IMG/VR virus record: IMGVR_UViG_3300026521_000471
Span: 1-64,000 of that record
Length of the DNA: 64,000 nucleotides
Strand: one strand, 5' to 3'
The position numbers were made by a program, and so were the translations under genes. Shown here one piece after another: positions 29,288 through 39,469 of this stretch. The first letter of the stretch is position 1. Each line of letters begins with the position of its first letter. The notes under the pieces were generated by a model. That model was given only the letters and a program-made list of their open reading frames with translations. It was not told the origin of the DNA and did not search any database.

Positions 29288-30892
29288 ATGGCAAAATATG
29301 AAATAGATTTAAATGGTAATCCATTTAGTGAATTCGCTCAAGGTGAGGAAAAGATTAGAGTTACAAAATTACTTACAAATAATTGGCATACCGAACAGGA
29401 TGTCTTTAGAATATCTAAAGTCAAAAATTCAAAGCCTAAACATTCAGTTGATATTACAGAAGTAAATTTTAAAAAAATATATAAAGCATCAAAAGATCTA
29501 CCAAACTATACCTTTGAGATTGGTGGTGCTATAGAATCAGTTGAAGGCCCATTTATCATTGTTGACATTTATGATAATAGTTTACTTTATACTGTTGGAT
29601 TAGGTCGAACAGCTCCAATTAGATTAGGTTATAAACTTGATGAAGGTGAGAAATATATACATAAAGATAAGTTTGAGCTTGCTCTTCATAATAAGTTAAA
29701 GGGACGTGATTGGATTATTTGGGAAAATGGTGATTTCTTCCTATTATTTCACTTTGAAGACAAAGTATATAAGAAAATAAAATTTGATAGGAATTTTAAT
29801 CCTGCAAGTTTTTACCCTAGTTCACCTATTGTAGGAAATCCCGAGTACATTGTTAAACCGTATCAAATAGATAAAGCGATATTTATAGAGGATGTCACTT
29901 ATAATGATTCTCCTCAAGCATTAGATTCAGAAGAACGAGATTTGAATAATCCATATCAATCATATAATATTCCATTTAATAGTGAAGATCCTAGATTTGC
30001 AATACTAAATCAATATATTTTTAATAAATATCCAAATGATTTTGTTTCTAGTCAATGGTCAACATCATCATGGGCGGATAAATTTAATAAAGAAATGGAT
30101 AGAGAAATTGGATGGTTTAATTCTAAATATGACTTAATACAACCATTAAAAGAGTTTAACTACTCGCCTTTTAGAATTAGTATCATTTCATTCGATAATA
30201 TAGAAATGTACGTTAGTTTATTTGAAAAAAAAGCCGATGAAATATGGACTTGTTGTAATAAAACATTAGAGGAATTTATTTATCCTGGTAAATATAAACA
30301 TGAAAAGCAATTTTTACATATTTCTATAAAAGATAGAAAATCATCAGATGAATATAAAGAATATATCAATCCATCACCTTTAAAAGAAGGATACCTTAAA
30401 CTTAAAAATTCTCCATCTAGTAATTTTGAGTTGGTAAAAGATAGAATCAAGCCGATACATGAATTTGATGAGCCCATGATTTATTGCCTATACAGGGAAT
30501 TAAAAGACGATGAAGTTGAAGATAGATTGGCTTTAGATTTCAAACCACGATTTAAACAAAATGATAAGGTTGAGTTAAAAGAATCTCAATGGGAGGATAT
30601 AACTGATCATATAGAAACTATTGATAATTCTAAACTTACATTAGATGAGCAATATAAAATTATGGAAGATATTATCAAAGACGATTCATTGTTACAAAAT
30701 GCGGAATTGAAAATAGAAAACAATAAACTCATGCTAAATAAGAATTTATCATACCGAAATAGAATTTATTATATTACAAAAGTAGTATTTCGTGATGGGT
30801 ATTTCCTTTATTATGGTTATACACCTCAAAATATAAAAGATGATAAATATTTTTATGTTTCTGATATTGAAGTTAAATGTAAAATAGATTAA
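29288..30892 (+). CDS. hypothetical protein
   Basis: 534-aa ORF; TGTAAAAT at 29224. Confidence 0.75.
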   Translation: MAKYEIDLNGNPFSEFAQGEEKIRVTKLLTNNWHTEQDVFRISKVKNSKPKHSVDITEVNFKKIYKASKDLPNYTFEIGGAIESVEGPFIIVDIYDNSLLYTVGLGRTAPIRLGYKLDEGEKYIHKDKFELALHNKLKGRDWIIWENGDFFLLFHFEDKVYKKIKFDRNFNPASFYPSSPIVGNPEYIVKPYQIDKAIFIEDVTYNDSPQALDSEERDLNNPYQSYNIPFNSEDPRFAILNQYIFNKYPNDFVSSQWSTSSWADKFNKEMDREIGWFNSKYDLIQPLKEFNYSPFRISIISFDNIEMYVSLFEKKADEIWTCCNKTLEEFIYPGKYKHEKQFLHISIKDRKSSDEYKEYINPSPLKEGYLKLKNSPSSNFELVKDRIKPIHEFDEPMIYCLYRELKDDEVEDRLALDFKPRFKQNDKVELKESQWEDITDHIETIDNSKLTLDEQYKIMEDIIKDDSLLQNAELKIENNKLMLNKNLSYRNRIYYITKVVFRDGYFLYYGYTPQNIKDDKYFYVSDIEVKCKID

Positions 30893-30897
30893 AATAT

Positions 30898-30921
30898 AAA
30901 TACCCTTAAAAGAGGGTATTT
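30898..30921 (+). terminator. hairpin, possible terminator
   Basis: AAATACCCT-taaaag-AGGGTATTT directly after the 29288 ORF. Confidence 0.45.
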
Positions 30922-31207
30922 ATGGATTTTTTTATTTTCATTTTATATAGTCTAGCAGCTTATAATGTTTTTCTTATAGCTCCGCTTTTTTTTTAAAATC
31001 CTTTCTATTCTTGGATTTGTCTATATAAATTATTTGATATGGTGAGATAGATGTATGAAGTTATAGCAATATCAAAAGATAATCATAAGTACAGAGTAAT
31101 ACTAAATTGTAATATTAAAGATATTCCATCAGTATTCAAAGATTTTATTATTGATAAAGGGTGGGATCATTATGAATATAAAATACATTCTATTAATGAG
31201 ATAACCG

Positions 31208-31555
31208 ATGACTAGAATTGATAATAATTCATTCAAAGAAGCATTGGATAATATTTTAAATAAAAGTAGGATAGCTGTAATATTATCTGGTAGATTAAAC
31301 TGTATAAACTGCCAATTAACAAAAGCTAATATCCTAAATTATTTAAAAAAAAATCCAAAGACAAATATAGATTTTTTATATTTAAATGGTAGCATAGATG
31401 ATATTTTAGAGTCCTCTTATTATCAAATGGAAGAGCTTAATGAATACCCTAAAACTGCTATATTTTCAAGTTCAAATAATCCAACTTTTAAAGAAGGTAT
31501 TATTACAGAAGAAGATTTGTCTAAGATTGAACAATTAAAGAAAAACTGTTTATAA
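31208..31555 (+). CDS. thioredoxin-fold protein
   Basis: CINC near the N-terminus, EYPKT cis-Pro region. Confidence 0.6.
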   Translation: MTRIDNNSFKEALDNILNKSRIAVILSGRLNCINCQLTKANILNYLKKNPKTNIDFLYLNGSIDDILESSYYQMEELNEYPKTAIFSSSNNPTFKEGIITEEDLSKIEQLKKNCL

Positions 31556-31562
31556 CCGATAT
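31536..31562 (+). promoter_or_regulatory. sigma28 (FliA)-type promoter
   Basis: TAAA-N15-ACCGATAT versus consensus TAAA-N15-GCCGATAA, 28 nt before ATG 31591. Confidence 0.65.
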
Positions 31563-31590
31563 AGGAATTATAACGATTAAAGGAAAGAAA

Positions 31591-31818
31591 ATGAATGGGA
31601 TTAACTCGTATAATCAAATTTCTCATACGTATAAAGTAAATGATGTAGCTACGCATAAAAAAGAGAATAACATTGCAGATAATACAAAAGAACCTATGTC
31701 AAAAGAAGATATTATAAGTTCTAAGGATTTATCACCGGAACAAAAACTAGATATGTTAGGAATAAAGAAGATGTCGTCTGACGAATTAGCGAAAAAATTA
31801 GCTGATGAATTAATATAG
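31591..31818 (+). CDS. FlgM-like anti-sigma28 factor (putative)
   Basis: 75 aa, disordered N-half, C-terminal amphipathic DELAKKLADELI resembling short Campylobacterota FlgM ends; sigma28 promoter upstream. Confidence 0.55.
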   Translation: MNGINSYNQISHTYKVNDVATHKKENNIADNTKEPMSKEDIISSKDLSPEQKLDMLGIKKMSSDELAKKLADELI

Positions 31819-31820
31819 AT

Positions 31821-31842
31821 TTAAGAATAATTTTCATATAAT
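31821..31842 (+). promoter_or_regulatory. class I promoter TTAAG-N11-TATAAT
   Basis: Motif match; ATG 31849 lies 6 nt downstream, implying a leaderless mRNA. Confidence 0.65.
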
Positions 31843-31848
31843 TACAGT

Positions 31849-32268
31849 ATGAAAAAATTATTTAAAACTTCATTTTTTAGTATAAAAGTTAGTGATTCAA
31901 GACAGTCTATGTTTGGAAAAGGTGTTCAAGTTGCTGATATAACAATTCGTAGTAGCAATGAAATAGAGCTTAATCCATTAGAGAATCAATGGCATATACC
32001 AGTCAAAGTACCCTTCTGGTACGTAATACTTGAAACGATAAGTCAGTTAGAAGATGAATTTCATATCAATTTAGAGAAGCCAGTTTATGGTAATCTCACT
32101 ATGATTGAAAACAAAGAAACTGGATTATATAGTATTTCTGATCTAATATCAGAATATAATAATATACAGGAAAATCATCCTGATCTAATTTTAAAATACT
32201 ATCATGTAAATATTAATAACTTAAATATCTTTGATTCTAATGGTGCTTATACCAATATCAACATTTAA
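31849..32268 (+). CDS. hypothetical protein (internal HPDLIL)
   Basis: ORF track. Confidence 0.6.
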   Translation: MKKLFKTSFFSIKVSDSRQSMFGKGVQVADITIRSSNEIELNPLENQWHIPVKVPFWYVILETISQLEDEFHINLEKPVYGNLTMIENKETGLYSISDLISEYNNIQENHPDLILKYYHVNINNLNIFDSNGAYTNINI

Positions 32269-32305
32269 TTTGTATAATTAAATTATAAACCAACAAGGAA
32301 TAAAA

Positions 32306-33604
32306 ATGGCAAAAAAAACATACACAGTTATTGAACGTAATGGACATAAATATAATCTTTTAGCACTACCAGATACAAATTTTTTTAAGTTTGAAATAAT
32401 TAATTTGTGGGGTTCTAATATCGAACGTTTGTATGAAACAAAGTTTGGTAAAAATGTTTATGGTATCTCTCACTTTATAGAACACTTAGGTTTTAGAAAC
32501 CCCAAAGATTTCAGTACAGCAGAACTTTTAAACCATTTGAAAAACGACGGTACTTATAATGCTTCAACAGATTATGACCGCATCAATTATTGGTTTCAAA
32601 CTACAATGGATAGAGTTGATTTAGCTATAAAATTAGTTGCAAACTATGCTTTAAATACATTAGATAATATCCCATCAGATGAATTTGAAATCGAAAAGAA
32701 AGTAGTGTATAATGAAGCGAAACGTTATGCTGATGATGACCAAACGATGTTTTGGTTTAATAGTACTAGAGCACTAACAGGTTATAAAGAAGAAGATAAT
32801 ATTATAGGTATTCCTGAAACAATTGACACTTTTGAAATTGATGATTGTATAAGAATTAAAGATTTATTTTTAAGTAATGCACAAAATATTTTTAATGTTA
32901 CTTACGATCCAAGTATTCTAACTGCCAATGAAGTAATCGATAAGATAGAGCTTGAACTACATAGACATAAACCATTAGGTATTATGGATAAAATTTCTGA
33001 AGAAGAATATAAAGGAGTTGTAATTCAACCTAAACATATCAAAACTACGTTGAGTAATGAGAGTGAACAACATATAACTTATCTAAATTTTGATATTGTT
33101 GAAAATATAGAGGTTGCAAGAGCCGGAAATCAATATTTAGCAAGATATGCCGAAGGAACTTCTTTAGATGATGTAATTAGAGAGCAGAACGGTCTAACTT
33201 ATGGAATTACGTTAGGTGCAGCAAACATTTCGTATAAACCATATACTTATTTTGGGTGTGATGTTTCAAAAGGCGATGAGGAACTACTACTTAAATTATT
33301 TAAAGAAAGTATTAATGCTTCAGTTGATGCTTGGAATGAGAAAACACATAAAAAATTTATGGACGCTAAAAAATTGAAAAGAGTTATGAATTTATTAGAC
33401 CAAAAAAATTATGGTGGTTGGCATAATAATGGGACATGGTATCCAGAGATTATTGAAGAAATGAAAGAAGTATTAGCAACAGATTTAGATAATGCATATG
33501 AAGTCGCAGATGAAAAATATGCTACTGTTGAAAGAGTAAGAGATTATTTAGAAAAATTTAGAAAAGCAGTCAATGAAGATGATTTTGCATTAGTAACAAA
33601 TTGA
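32306..33604 (+). CDS. M16 (insulinase) family zinc peptidase
   Basis: GISHFIEHL (HxxEH), NASTDYD, EKKVVYNE, IREQNGLTY. Confidence 0.9.
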   Translation: MAKKTYTVIERNGHKYNLLALPDTNFFKFEIINLWGSNIERLYETKFGKNVYGISHFIEHLGFRNPKDFSTAELLNHLKNDGTYNASTDYDRINYWFQTTMDRVDLAIKLVANYALNTLDNIPSDEFEIEKKVVYNEAKRYADDDQTMFWFNSTRALTGYKEEDNIIGIPETIDTFEIDDCIRIKDLFLSNAQNIFNVTYDPSILTANEVIDKIELELHRHKPLGIMDKISEEEYKGVVIQPKHIKTTLSNESEQHITYLNFDIVENIEVARAGNQYLARYAEGTSLDDVIREQNGLTYGITLGAANISYKPYTYFGCDVSKGDEELLLKLFKESINASVDAWNEKTHKKFMDAKKLKRVMNLLDQKNYGGWHNNGTWYPEIIEEMKEVLATDLDNAYEVADEKYATVERVRDYLEKFRKAVNEDDFALVTN

Positions 33605-33619
33605 AGATAAAGGATTAAA

Positions 33620-33820
33620 ATGGAACCAAATTCTTGGAACGATTATTTAATGAGAAATACTCATTTAGTAGATGAATTATCGACGTATGTTTCAAATACA
33701 ATGGATAAAACTGAGTTAGAAGCTGAAAACATAAAGTTAAAATATACACTACGTGAAATTCTTTCTAAGGTGGGTACAACCCACCCAGATTTATTAATAA
33801 AATATAGTGAATTTGTTTAA
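33620..33820 (+). CDS. hypothetical protein (near-terminal HPDLLI)
   Basis: AAGGA RBS. Confidence 0.6.
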   Translation: MEPNSWNDYLMRNTHLVDELSTYVSNTMDKTELEAENIKLKYTLREILSKVGTTHPDLLIKYSEFV

Positions 33821-34037
33821 ATATGTGTAAATATGATATAAAATCTATAAATCCTAGATATAATATTACTAAAAAGACCGATGATAGAGACATTAATGAA
33901 ATCTATAACGATTAATATGGTATAAGAGATGATGACAACGACTTTATAAATATAATTGATATTTTCGCAACCACATTAACATGGTTTATATATTTGAGTT
34001 TACTTTTATCAATTTCCTTCTATTTTTTAAGTAAGAC

Positions 34038-34059
34038 TTAAGCACTTTTATTATATAAT
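34038..34059 (+). promoter_or_regulatory. class I promoter TTAAG-N11-TATAAT
   Basis: Motif match. Confidence 0.7.
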
Positions 34060-34084
34060 TTATAATTAAATTAAGGAGAATAGT

Positions 34085-34453
34085 ATGGATTACAATACTG
34101 TTACAGAAAAAGTGTTAGAAGGTTTATCAATAGGTGAAGAATTATTTTATTTTGAAGTTCCTACTTGCAAAATAGATTATATAGAAATCCCTCAAATTAT
34201 CAAAATCATTAAAAAAGATGACGACTCATTTTTTTGTCCCACATATGATTTAAATCGTAGTAAAGATACATTACTTAATCTTTTTTCAAAAGAAAATAAA
34301 TCGATTATGATTGCTAGAAGTGAATTGGAAGCTAAACAATTATTCTTATCGTATTATGAAAACTACTTAGAATCTCTTAGAGGAGAATTAGAATTTCTTG
34401 AAGAAGCAATACCAAATCTTAAAAAAACAGATTTTTTAAAAGATCTCCAGTAA
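34085..34453 (+). CDS. hypothetical protein
   Basis: AAGGAG RBS. Confidence 0.65.
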   Translation: MDYNTVTEKVLEGLSIGEELFYFEVPTCKIDYIEIPQIIKIIKKDDDSFFCPTYDLNRSKDTLLNLFSKENKSIMIARSELEAKQLFLSYYENYLESLRGELEFLEEAIPNLKKTDFLKDLQ

Positions 34454-34466
34454 TTTAGGATACCCT

Positions 34467-35093
34467 ATGAAGATCAAAAGTAACTTAAAATCTAAAGGTC
34501 GTAGATCCAATATCTTATTCGATAAAATGAGAGAATATATTTCATTACAACCAATACTAATCCGAAGTTTAGTAATTGGTGTGATTTTAATGATTTCATA
34601 CTTTATATGGTCATATTCTGGATTATTAGCAATAGGTTTTTTTGTATTGGCTAGTATTTTAACAGGACAGGCGGACCCAGGTGATAAACTGGGTATGGGT
34701 TTTCTCTCTATTTTAGCTATTTTTTCATTCGGTTTATTTGATGTTTATAAAGTATCCGAGGATAAAATTCCCATAGAGTTTAATAAAGTTGTTTATACAG
34801 ATAGTACAGAGAAAATTGTGCTATATGCCAATAAGCCCATTAACGAAGCTTTAGTAGTACATCCAGAATCAAAACTGTATTATGATTTTAAATTATATGA
34901 CCAAAATTTATCAGCATACATTAAAGAAGAATCTAGAAGATCACATTGGGCTAATCTTTTAAATCTCGAACCAACCACATATCAATACGATTTAATAATA
35001 AATGCTGGAAAGAAACAAATTAAAATTACTTCTTGGAAAAGTTCAAAAACAAAAATGTTATTTGGGAGAATAAATCATGAAAAAAATAATTAA
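34467..35093 (+). CDS. membrane protein
   Basis: N-terminal TM segments. Confidence 0.65.
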   Translation: MKIKSNLKSKGRRSNILFDKMREYISLQPILIRSLVIGVILMISYFIWSYSGLLAIGFFVLASILTGQADPGDKLGMGFLSILAIFSFGLFDVYKVSEDKIPIEFNKVVYTDSTEKIVLYANKPINEALVVHPESKLYYDFKLYDQNLSAYIKEESRRSHWANLLNLEPTTYQYDLIINAGKKQIKITSWKSSKTKMLFGRINHEKNN

Positions 35094-35415
35094 TTTAGGA
35101 TTAATATTTATTTTACTTGTATCGTTTACAGGTTGTGCTGATAGAAAAACCATCAATAATGTTACTTATGACACATACGGATTATTCAATGCCAATTCTA
35201 AGGAAAATCCGAATATTGAATATGAACTATCAGTAGGTAATGTTATTTGGGGAGTATTATTATTTGAAACACTTATAGCTCCAATTTATTTTTTCGGTTT
35301 TTCATTATGGGAGCCAGTCGGTCCAAAAATAACCAATCCAAACCTTAAAGGTGTAATTCGAGGCAATCCCGAAATGGTTAATGATACACCAAATGTTATA
35401 ATATATAAAAATTAG
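35077..35415 (+). CDS. lipoprotein
   Basis: Signal peptide with lipobox-like FTGC. Confidence 0.7.
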   Translation: MKKIINLGLIFILLVSFTGCADRKTINNVTYDTYGLFNANSKENPNIEYELSVGNVIWGVLLFETLIAPIYFFGFSLWEPVGPKITNPNLKGVIRGNPEMVNDTPNVIIYKN

Positions 35416-35424
35416 GACTTTGAT

Positions 35425-35607
35425 ATGAAAAAAGACTTTTTACTAATGAGTATAGAATCAGCTTGTAAGAATAGAACCCTTGTTTTACAAGATTTAGCAA
35501 AATATGGTGTGGATGAGAAACATCGTCCACAACTAGAAGAAAATCTGGAATACTTTTTGTTACGGTATAAAGAATTAACAGGAAATAATTTTGTCTTAAC
35601 TTCTTAA
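35425..35607 (+). CDS. hypothetical protein
   Basis: AGGA RBS. Confidence 0.55.
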   Translation: MKKDFLLMSIESACKNRTLVLQDLAKYGVDEKHRPQLEENLEYFLLRYKELTGNNFVLTS

Positions 35608-35614
35608 ATTTCCT

Positions 35615-35635
35615 TTAAGGTTATTATGGTATAAT
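35615..35635 (+). promoter_or_regulatory. class I promoter variant TTAAG-N10-TATAAT
   Basis: Spacer one base shorter, extended TG. Confidence 0.6.
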
Positions 35636-35665
35636 TATAGTAATCAAAGAAAAAAAGGTGAAATT

Positions 35666-35986
35666 ATGAAAATCGTTACAAAAGCATCAACACTAGGAAA
35701 AGGTATTGTACATAATACACAAGTTGAATTAAAATCAGAATGTGATAAAGTATTTTATTTCTATACACCACAATTAGAAAAAGCTGATGTAGAACCTACT
35801 TATTATTCTCCAATGGCGAAACATATTCCAGATTACATTGAATTTATTAAAAATAATTCAGATAAAAAAATAGGGATTATCTTAGAGTCTAGAAAAGATG
35901 ATTTTAGTACACGAGATTTGATTTTAGAGCAGATTAAATTGCTGGACAATACAAATGTGATTATCCACAATCTAATTCAGAAATAA
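35666..35986 (+). CDS. hypothetical protein
   Basis: AAGGTG RBS. Confidence 0.65.
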   Translation: MKIVTKASTLGKGIVHNTQVELKSECDKVFYFYTPQLEKADVEPTYYSPMAKHIPDYIEFIKNNSDKKIGIILESRKDDFSTRDLILEQIKLLDNTNVIIHNLIQK

Positions 35987-35995
35987 GGATTAAAA

Positions 35996-36766
35996 ATGAG
36001 ATATGGTATAGAGAAATTTGATGATGTGATCGCAGTTTATGTATCGCCAACTTTAGATGATAATGAATATTCAATAAGTGATGTTGAAAATACTTCAAAA
36101 CAATATACTTTAGAAAAAGATATAGAATCTATTCCAGGATATAGTACTGATTTTGAAATTGATGGAAGTGCAGAGAATACTATTTTTATTGTTTCTACAA
36201 AATCATTTTCAGAGATCGAGGAATTAATTGTTTCTAATCTCAAACACACTCTAGTATCAAATGATAAACATTTGAAAAAACTATCAAGAGAAGCTAAGAG
36301 TGAATCATCTTCAGATACACCAATAGATTTAGAAACTTATGAGGGTTTAAAAAAATATTTAGAAACACAAAAATACACTATCAAAAAAGCCAAAGAACTT
36401 TTAAATACCGAAACAGCTAAAAATCATTTAGATTTAATTGCGATTGTTCTTGATAAGATCTTTATGAAGTATAGTACAGAAGAAAAGTTTTTTAAATCTA
36501 TTGAATGGTTATCTGATTTTGATTTATCAAATGAAATTGAAAGTATTATTGAATACCGTTCAAAAGCAAAAGATGGTTATGCTGATGATAATAAAATGTC
36601 GACAATTCTTAGTAGATATGTTGGAGCTTCATCAAATGTTGAAGTATTAGAGAAAATAAAAGATAAGTTGGAGCCTGTTAAAAATGACCAATTCTTTTCA
36701 GGGGTTTATGAAGATGCAGATAACCAAATAAAAATACTTAAAGATTTATTTTTTAAGTTGGATTAA
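35996..36766 (+). CDS. hypothetical protein
   Basis: 256-aa ORF, AAGGA RBS. Confidence 0.7.
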   Translation: MRYGIEKFDDVIAVYVSPTLDDNEYSISDVENTSKQYTLEKDIESIPGYSTDFEIDGSAENTIFIVSTKSFSEIEELIVSNLKHTLVSNDKHLKKLSREAKSESSSDTPIDLETYEGLKKYLETQKYTIKKAKELLNTETAKNHLDLIAIVLDKIFMKYSTEEKFFKSIEWLSDFDLSNEIESIIEYRSKAKDGYADDNKMSTILSRYVGASSNVEVLEKIKDKLEPVKNDQFFSGVYEDADNQIKILKDLFFKLD

Positions 36767-36784
36767 GTTAGTATTCGATATAAT
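36763..36784 (+). promoter_or_regulatory. class I promoter TTAAG-N11-TATAAT
   Basis: Motif match. Confidence 0.7.
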
Positions 36785-36813
36785 AACAGAAGAAATCTAA
36801 AAGGATTAGTATA

Positions 36814-38268
36814 ATGAATGAAAATGATGTTAAAGAAGAAATTAAAGAAGCTTGGAAAGATTTAAAAAACGGTACAAAAGTTAAAGCTAAGCTTACTGAA
36901 AAAATGGATGAGAAGCTCGACGGTTTAGTAGCAGCAGCAAAAGCTGGAAATTGGAAAACTCAGCTGGAAGAAGCAATAGTACAGATGATTACTTATAATT
37001 ATTCAAGTAATGAAAGTTTAATGTGGTATGGACATTTAGTAACTCAATGTGAAATAAAAAGAGATTTAACTATGCCAAGTCCTGCTGGGGTAAGATTTAT
37101 GTTTAATAAATACGAGATGTTTATTAATCCTTTACTTTTTGGTTTATATTCAACCGATGAACAAATTGCTATATTGAAACATGAAATGTTACATATTATC
37201 AATTTGCACATTGTAAGACAAAAAGATAGAGACCATAAAAAATGGAATTATGGTACTGATTTATCTATCAACCAATTAATCCCAAACATTCCTGAAGATG
37301 GATTACAACCTGAAAAATTTGATTTTGCAAAAAACCTTAATGCAGAACAGTATTATGATATGATACCTACAAACTATGAGAGTGAAGAACCTCAAGAAGG
37401 TAATGAAGACGGTGAGGGTGGTGGAAGTTGTTCTGCACAAGGTTCCGGAGATGGAGAGCCACAAGATGGTGATGGTTCTGGAAACGGTGATGGTTCTGAT
37501 GTAATTGATGATGAGAAAAAACTTAAAGATCTAATCTCCCAAGCATTAAATGCAGCTCAAGAAGGAATGATTGGTGATCATGGTAAGTGGCAAAATTCTG
37601 AAGGTGATGAACAGGCCGCAAAAGAAATTACAAGACAGATGTGTGAAACAGCTACTAATAAATCCAGAGGTATGACACCAGGTGAAGTAGAAGGAGCAAT
37701 CCAATTACTTAAAATGCAGGAGCAAATTAACTGGAAGAAAGAGCTGAGAAGAATTGTTGGTAATAGAAAAGCATTTTCTAAACTTACAATTAAGAAAAAT
37801 GATAGAAGATTTCCAGGTCGTAAGGATTTAAGAGGTAAAACAAAAGATCATACAAAAGATATTGTAGTTATCTTAGATGTATCGGGTTCTATGAGTGATG
37901 AGGAAGTTCTCTATGGTTTAAATGAAATTAAGGCTATTGCAGAAAAAGCTAGAGCTGGGGTTACTATTATTCAAGTTGATACAGAGCCAAAAATTGTAGA
38001 AGATTTTGATCCAAAAGCAAAAACTTTTAATCGTAGAGGTTATGGTGGTACTTATATGACTCCTGGAATTGAAATGATTAAGGAACAGAAATTAAAATGT
38101 GACTGTATTTTGTGTATAACTGATGGTTACATTGAATCAACTTTTGATATTGATTTACCAAGAGTACCATTTATTTTCTTAGTTACACAAGATGCAGATA
38201 ATTTATCTATTGATGTAGGTTCATATCCGAGAATGAAAAAACATACATTGAAAATTGGTGATAAGTAG
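36814..38268 (+). CDS. DUF2201-type HExxH metallopeptidase plus VWA domain protein
   Basis: LKHEMLHI, WNYGTDLSIN, G/D-rich linker, MIDAS DVSGS, GYGGT, TDGY. Confidence 0.9.
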   Translation: MNENDVKEEIKEAWKDLKNGTKVKAKLTEKMDEKLDGLVAAAKAGNWKTQLEEAIVQMITYNYSSNESLMWYGHLVTQCEIKRDLTMPSPAGVRFMFNKYEMFINPLLFGLYSTDEQIAILKHEMLHIINLHIVRQKDRDHKKWNYGTDLSINQLIPNIPEDGLQPEKFDFAKNLNAEQYYDMIPTNYESEEPQEGNEDGEGGGSCSAQGSGDGEPQDGDGSGNGDGSDVIDDEKKLKDLISQALNAAQEGMIGDHGKWQNSEGDEQAAKEITRQMCETATNKSRGMTPGEVEGAIQLLKMQEQINWKKELRRIVGNRKAFSKLTIKKNDRRFPGRKDLRGKTKDHTKDIVVILDVSGSMSDEEVLYGLNEIKAIAEKARAGVTIIQVDTEPKIVEDFDPKAKTFNRRGYGGTYMTPGIEMIKEQKLKCDCILCITDGYIESTFDIDLPRVPFIFLVTQDADNLSIDVGSYPRMKKHTLKIGDK

Positions 38269-38524
38269 AGTTATTATGTGGGCTTATAAGTTTACAGATT
38301 CAAGAGGAAATGATTACTATGAGTTTCCTTTTGAAATATCTAGTTCAACATTTCTTAATTCAAATGAATATCAAATAGTAAATACTGAAAGAGAAGCTGT
38401 TAAAGAATTTAAAAAAGCAATTGATTTCAATATACCATATAAAGCTCATTATGAAGATATGCAAAAACTTAATAAAGAATTGGCTAAATTATATCTTAAA
38501 AAGTATCCGGAGATATTTATATAA
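38255..38524 (+). CDS. small protein with PE-tail (YPEIFI)
   Basis: Terminal motif. Confidence 0.7.
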   Translation: MVISRVIMWAYKFTDSRGNDYYEFPFEISSSTFLNSNEYQIVNTEREAVKEFKKAIDFNIPYKAHYEDMQKLNKELAKLYLKKYPEIFI

Positions 38525-38865
38525 TGTATCATTTTAAATTAAAACTTAGAGATATTCACAAAAATGCGTATAGATCATTTTTATTTCCAGAAAAAGCACC
38601 TAAAAATTCTACTAGTCATTGTGCGAAAATCAATTCGTTATATACAGAAGGTTGGTTTGCTGATAAATCATTGATAGAATCTGAAATCCACTTTATTAAA
38701 TCTGTTAAATTTTTTTTAAATGGTGCAATTAAAGATTTAAAGAAAAATAACACTTATACAGGGTGGGATGAATCATATCTTAAAGATGATGTTGCATTTT
38801 TAGAAAATGTATGGAAATTAACAATTCAAAAATATGCGGATAAATATCCGGAGCTAGTATTATGA
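38524..38865 (+). CDS. small protein with PE-tail (YPELVL)
   Basis: Terminal motif; TAATG overlap. Confidence 0.7.
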   Translation: MYHFKLKLRDIHKNAYRSFLFPEKAPKNSTSHCAKINSLYTEGWFADKSLIESEIHFIKSVKFFLNGAIKDLKKNNTYTGWDESYLKDDVAFLENVWKLTIQKYADKYPELVL

Positions 38866-39101
38866 GTTTTATCAAATTCACATTTAAAAATAACAGCTAT
38901 GCTATAGGACGTTTATTTTCAAAGATTGGAAAAGATAACTGGGCAAATATTGAAATAGTTAAGCCGTATAATGGTAGAAATGAGACTTTAAAAAAATATT
39001 ATACTAAGGGTAGAACATTTCAAGCTGATACATCTAGTACTTCAGATTATGTTAAAACTGCATTTATAGATCCAAAGTCTCACCCAGAATATTTTATTTA
39101 A
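38862..39101 (+). CDS. small protein with PE-tail (HPEYFI)
   Basis: Terminal motif; ATGA overlap. Confidence 0.7.
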   Translation: MSFIKFTFKNNSYAIGRLFSKIGKDNWANIEIVKPYNGRNETLKKYYTKGRTFQADTSSTSDYVKTAFIDPKSHPEYFI

Positions 39102-39106
39102 AAAGG

Positions 39107-39469
39107 TTGTTGATGTATTTCTCATATCAAGCACATACTTTAGATGGAAAATCTCTTAAAATTTATTTACCATTACCAACTAAAAAATCACAATATGAAG
39201 ATAGACTGAAATTTTATAAACAAATAGATGATAGAAAATTATATGTCGTGAAAGATACTAAAGATATTATTAGAGAATGTCATATACATAATACTTTAAA
39301 AGAATCAATAAATTATATAAGAAAAGATCTAATATATTCGATTGAATGGATAAGTGATGATAAAAATGCACCTCCTGGTAATCCTGATGTTTATGTGGCT
39401 AAATGTAGAGATGCTTTAACTGAATTAGAAAATAAATATATCAATAAATTCCCGGAGATATTCTTATGA
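39107..39469 (+). CDS. small protein with PE-tail (FPEIFL)
   Basis: Terminal motif. Confidence 0.7.
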   Translation: MLMYFSYQAHTLDGKSLKIYLPLPTKKSQYEDRLKFYKQIDDRKLYVVKDTKDIIRECHIHNTLKESINYIRKDLIYSIEWISDDKNAPPGNPDVYVAKCRDALTELENKYINKFPEIFL

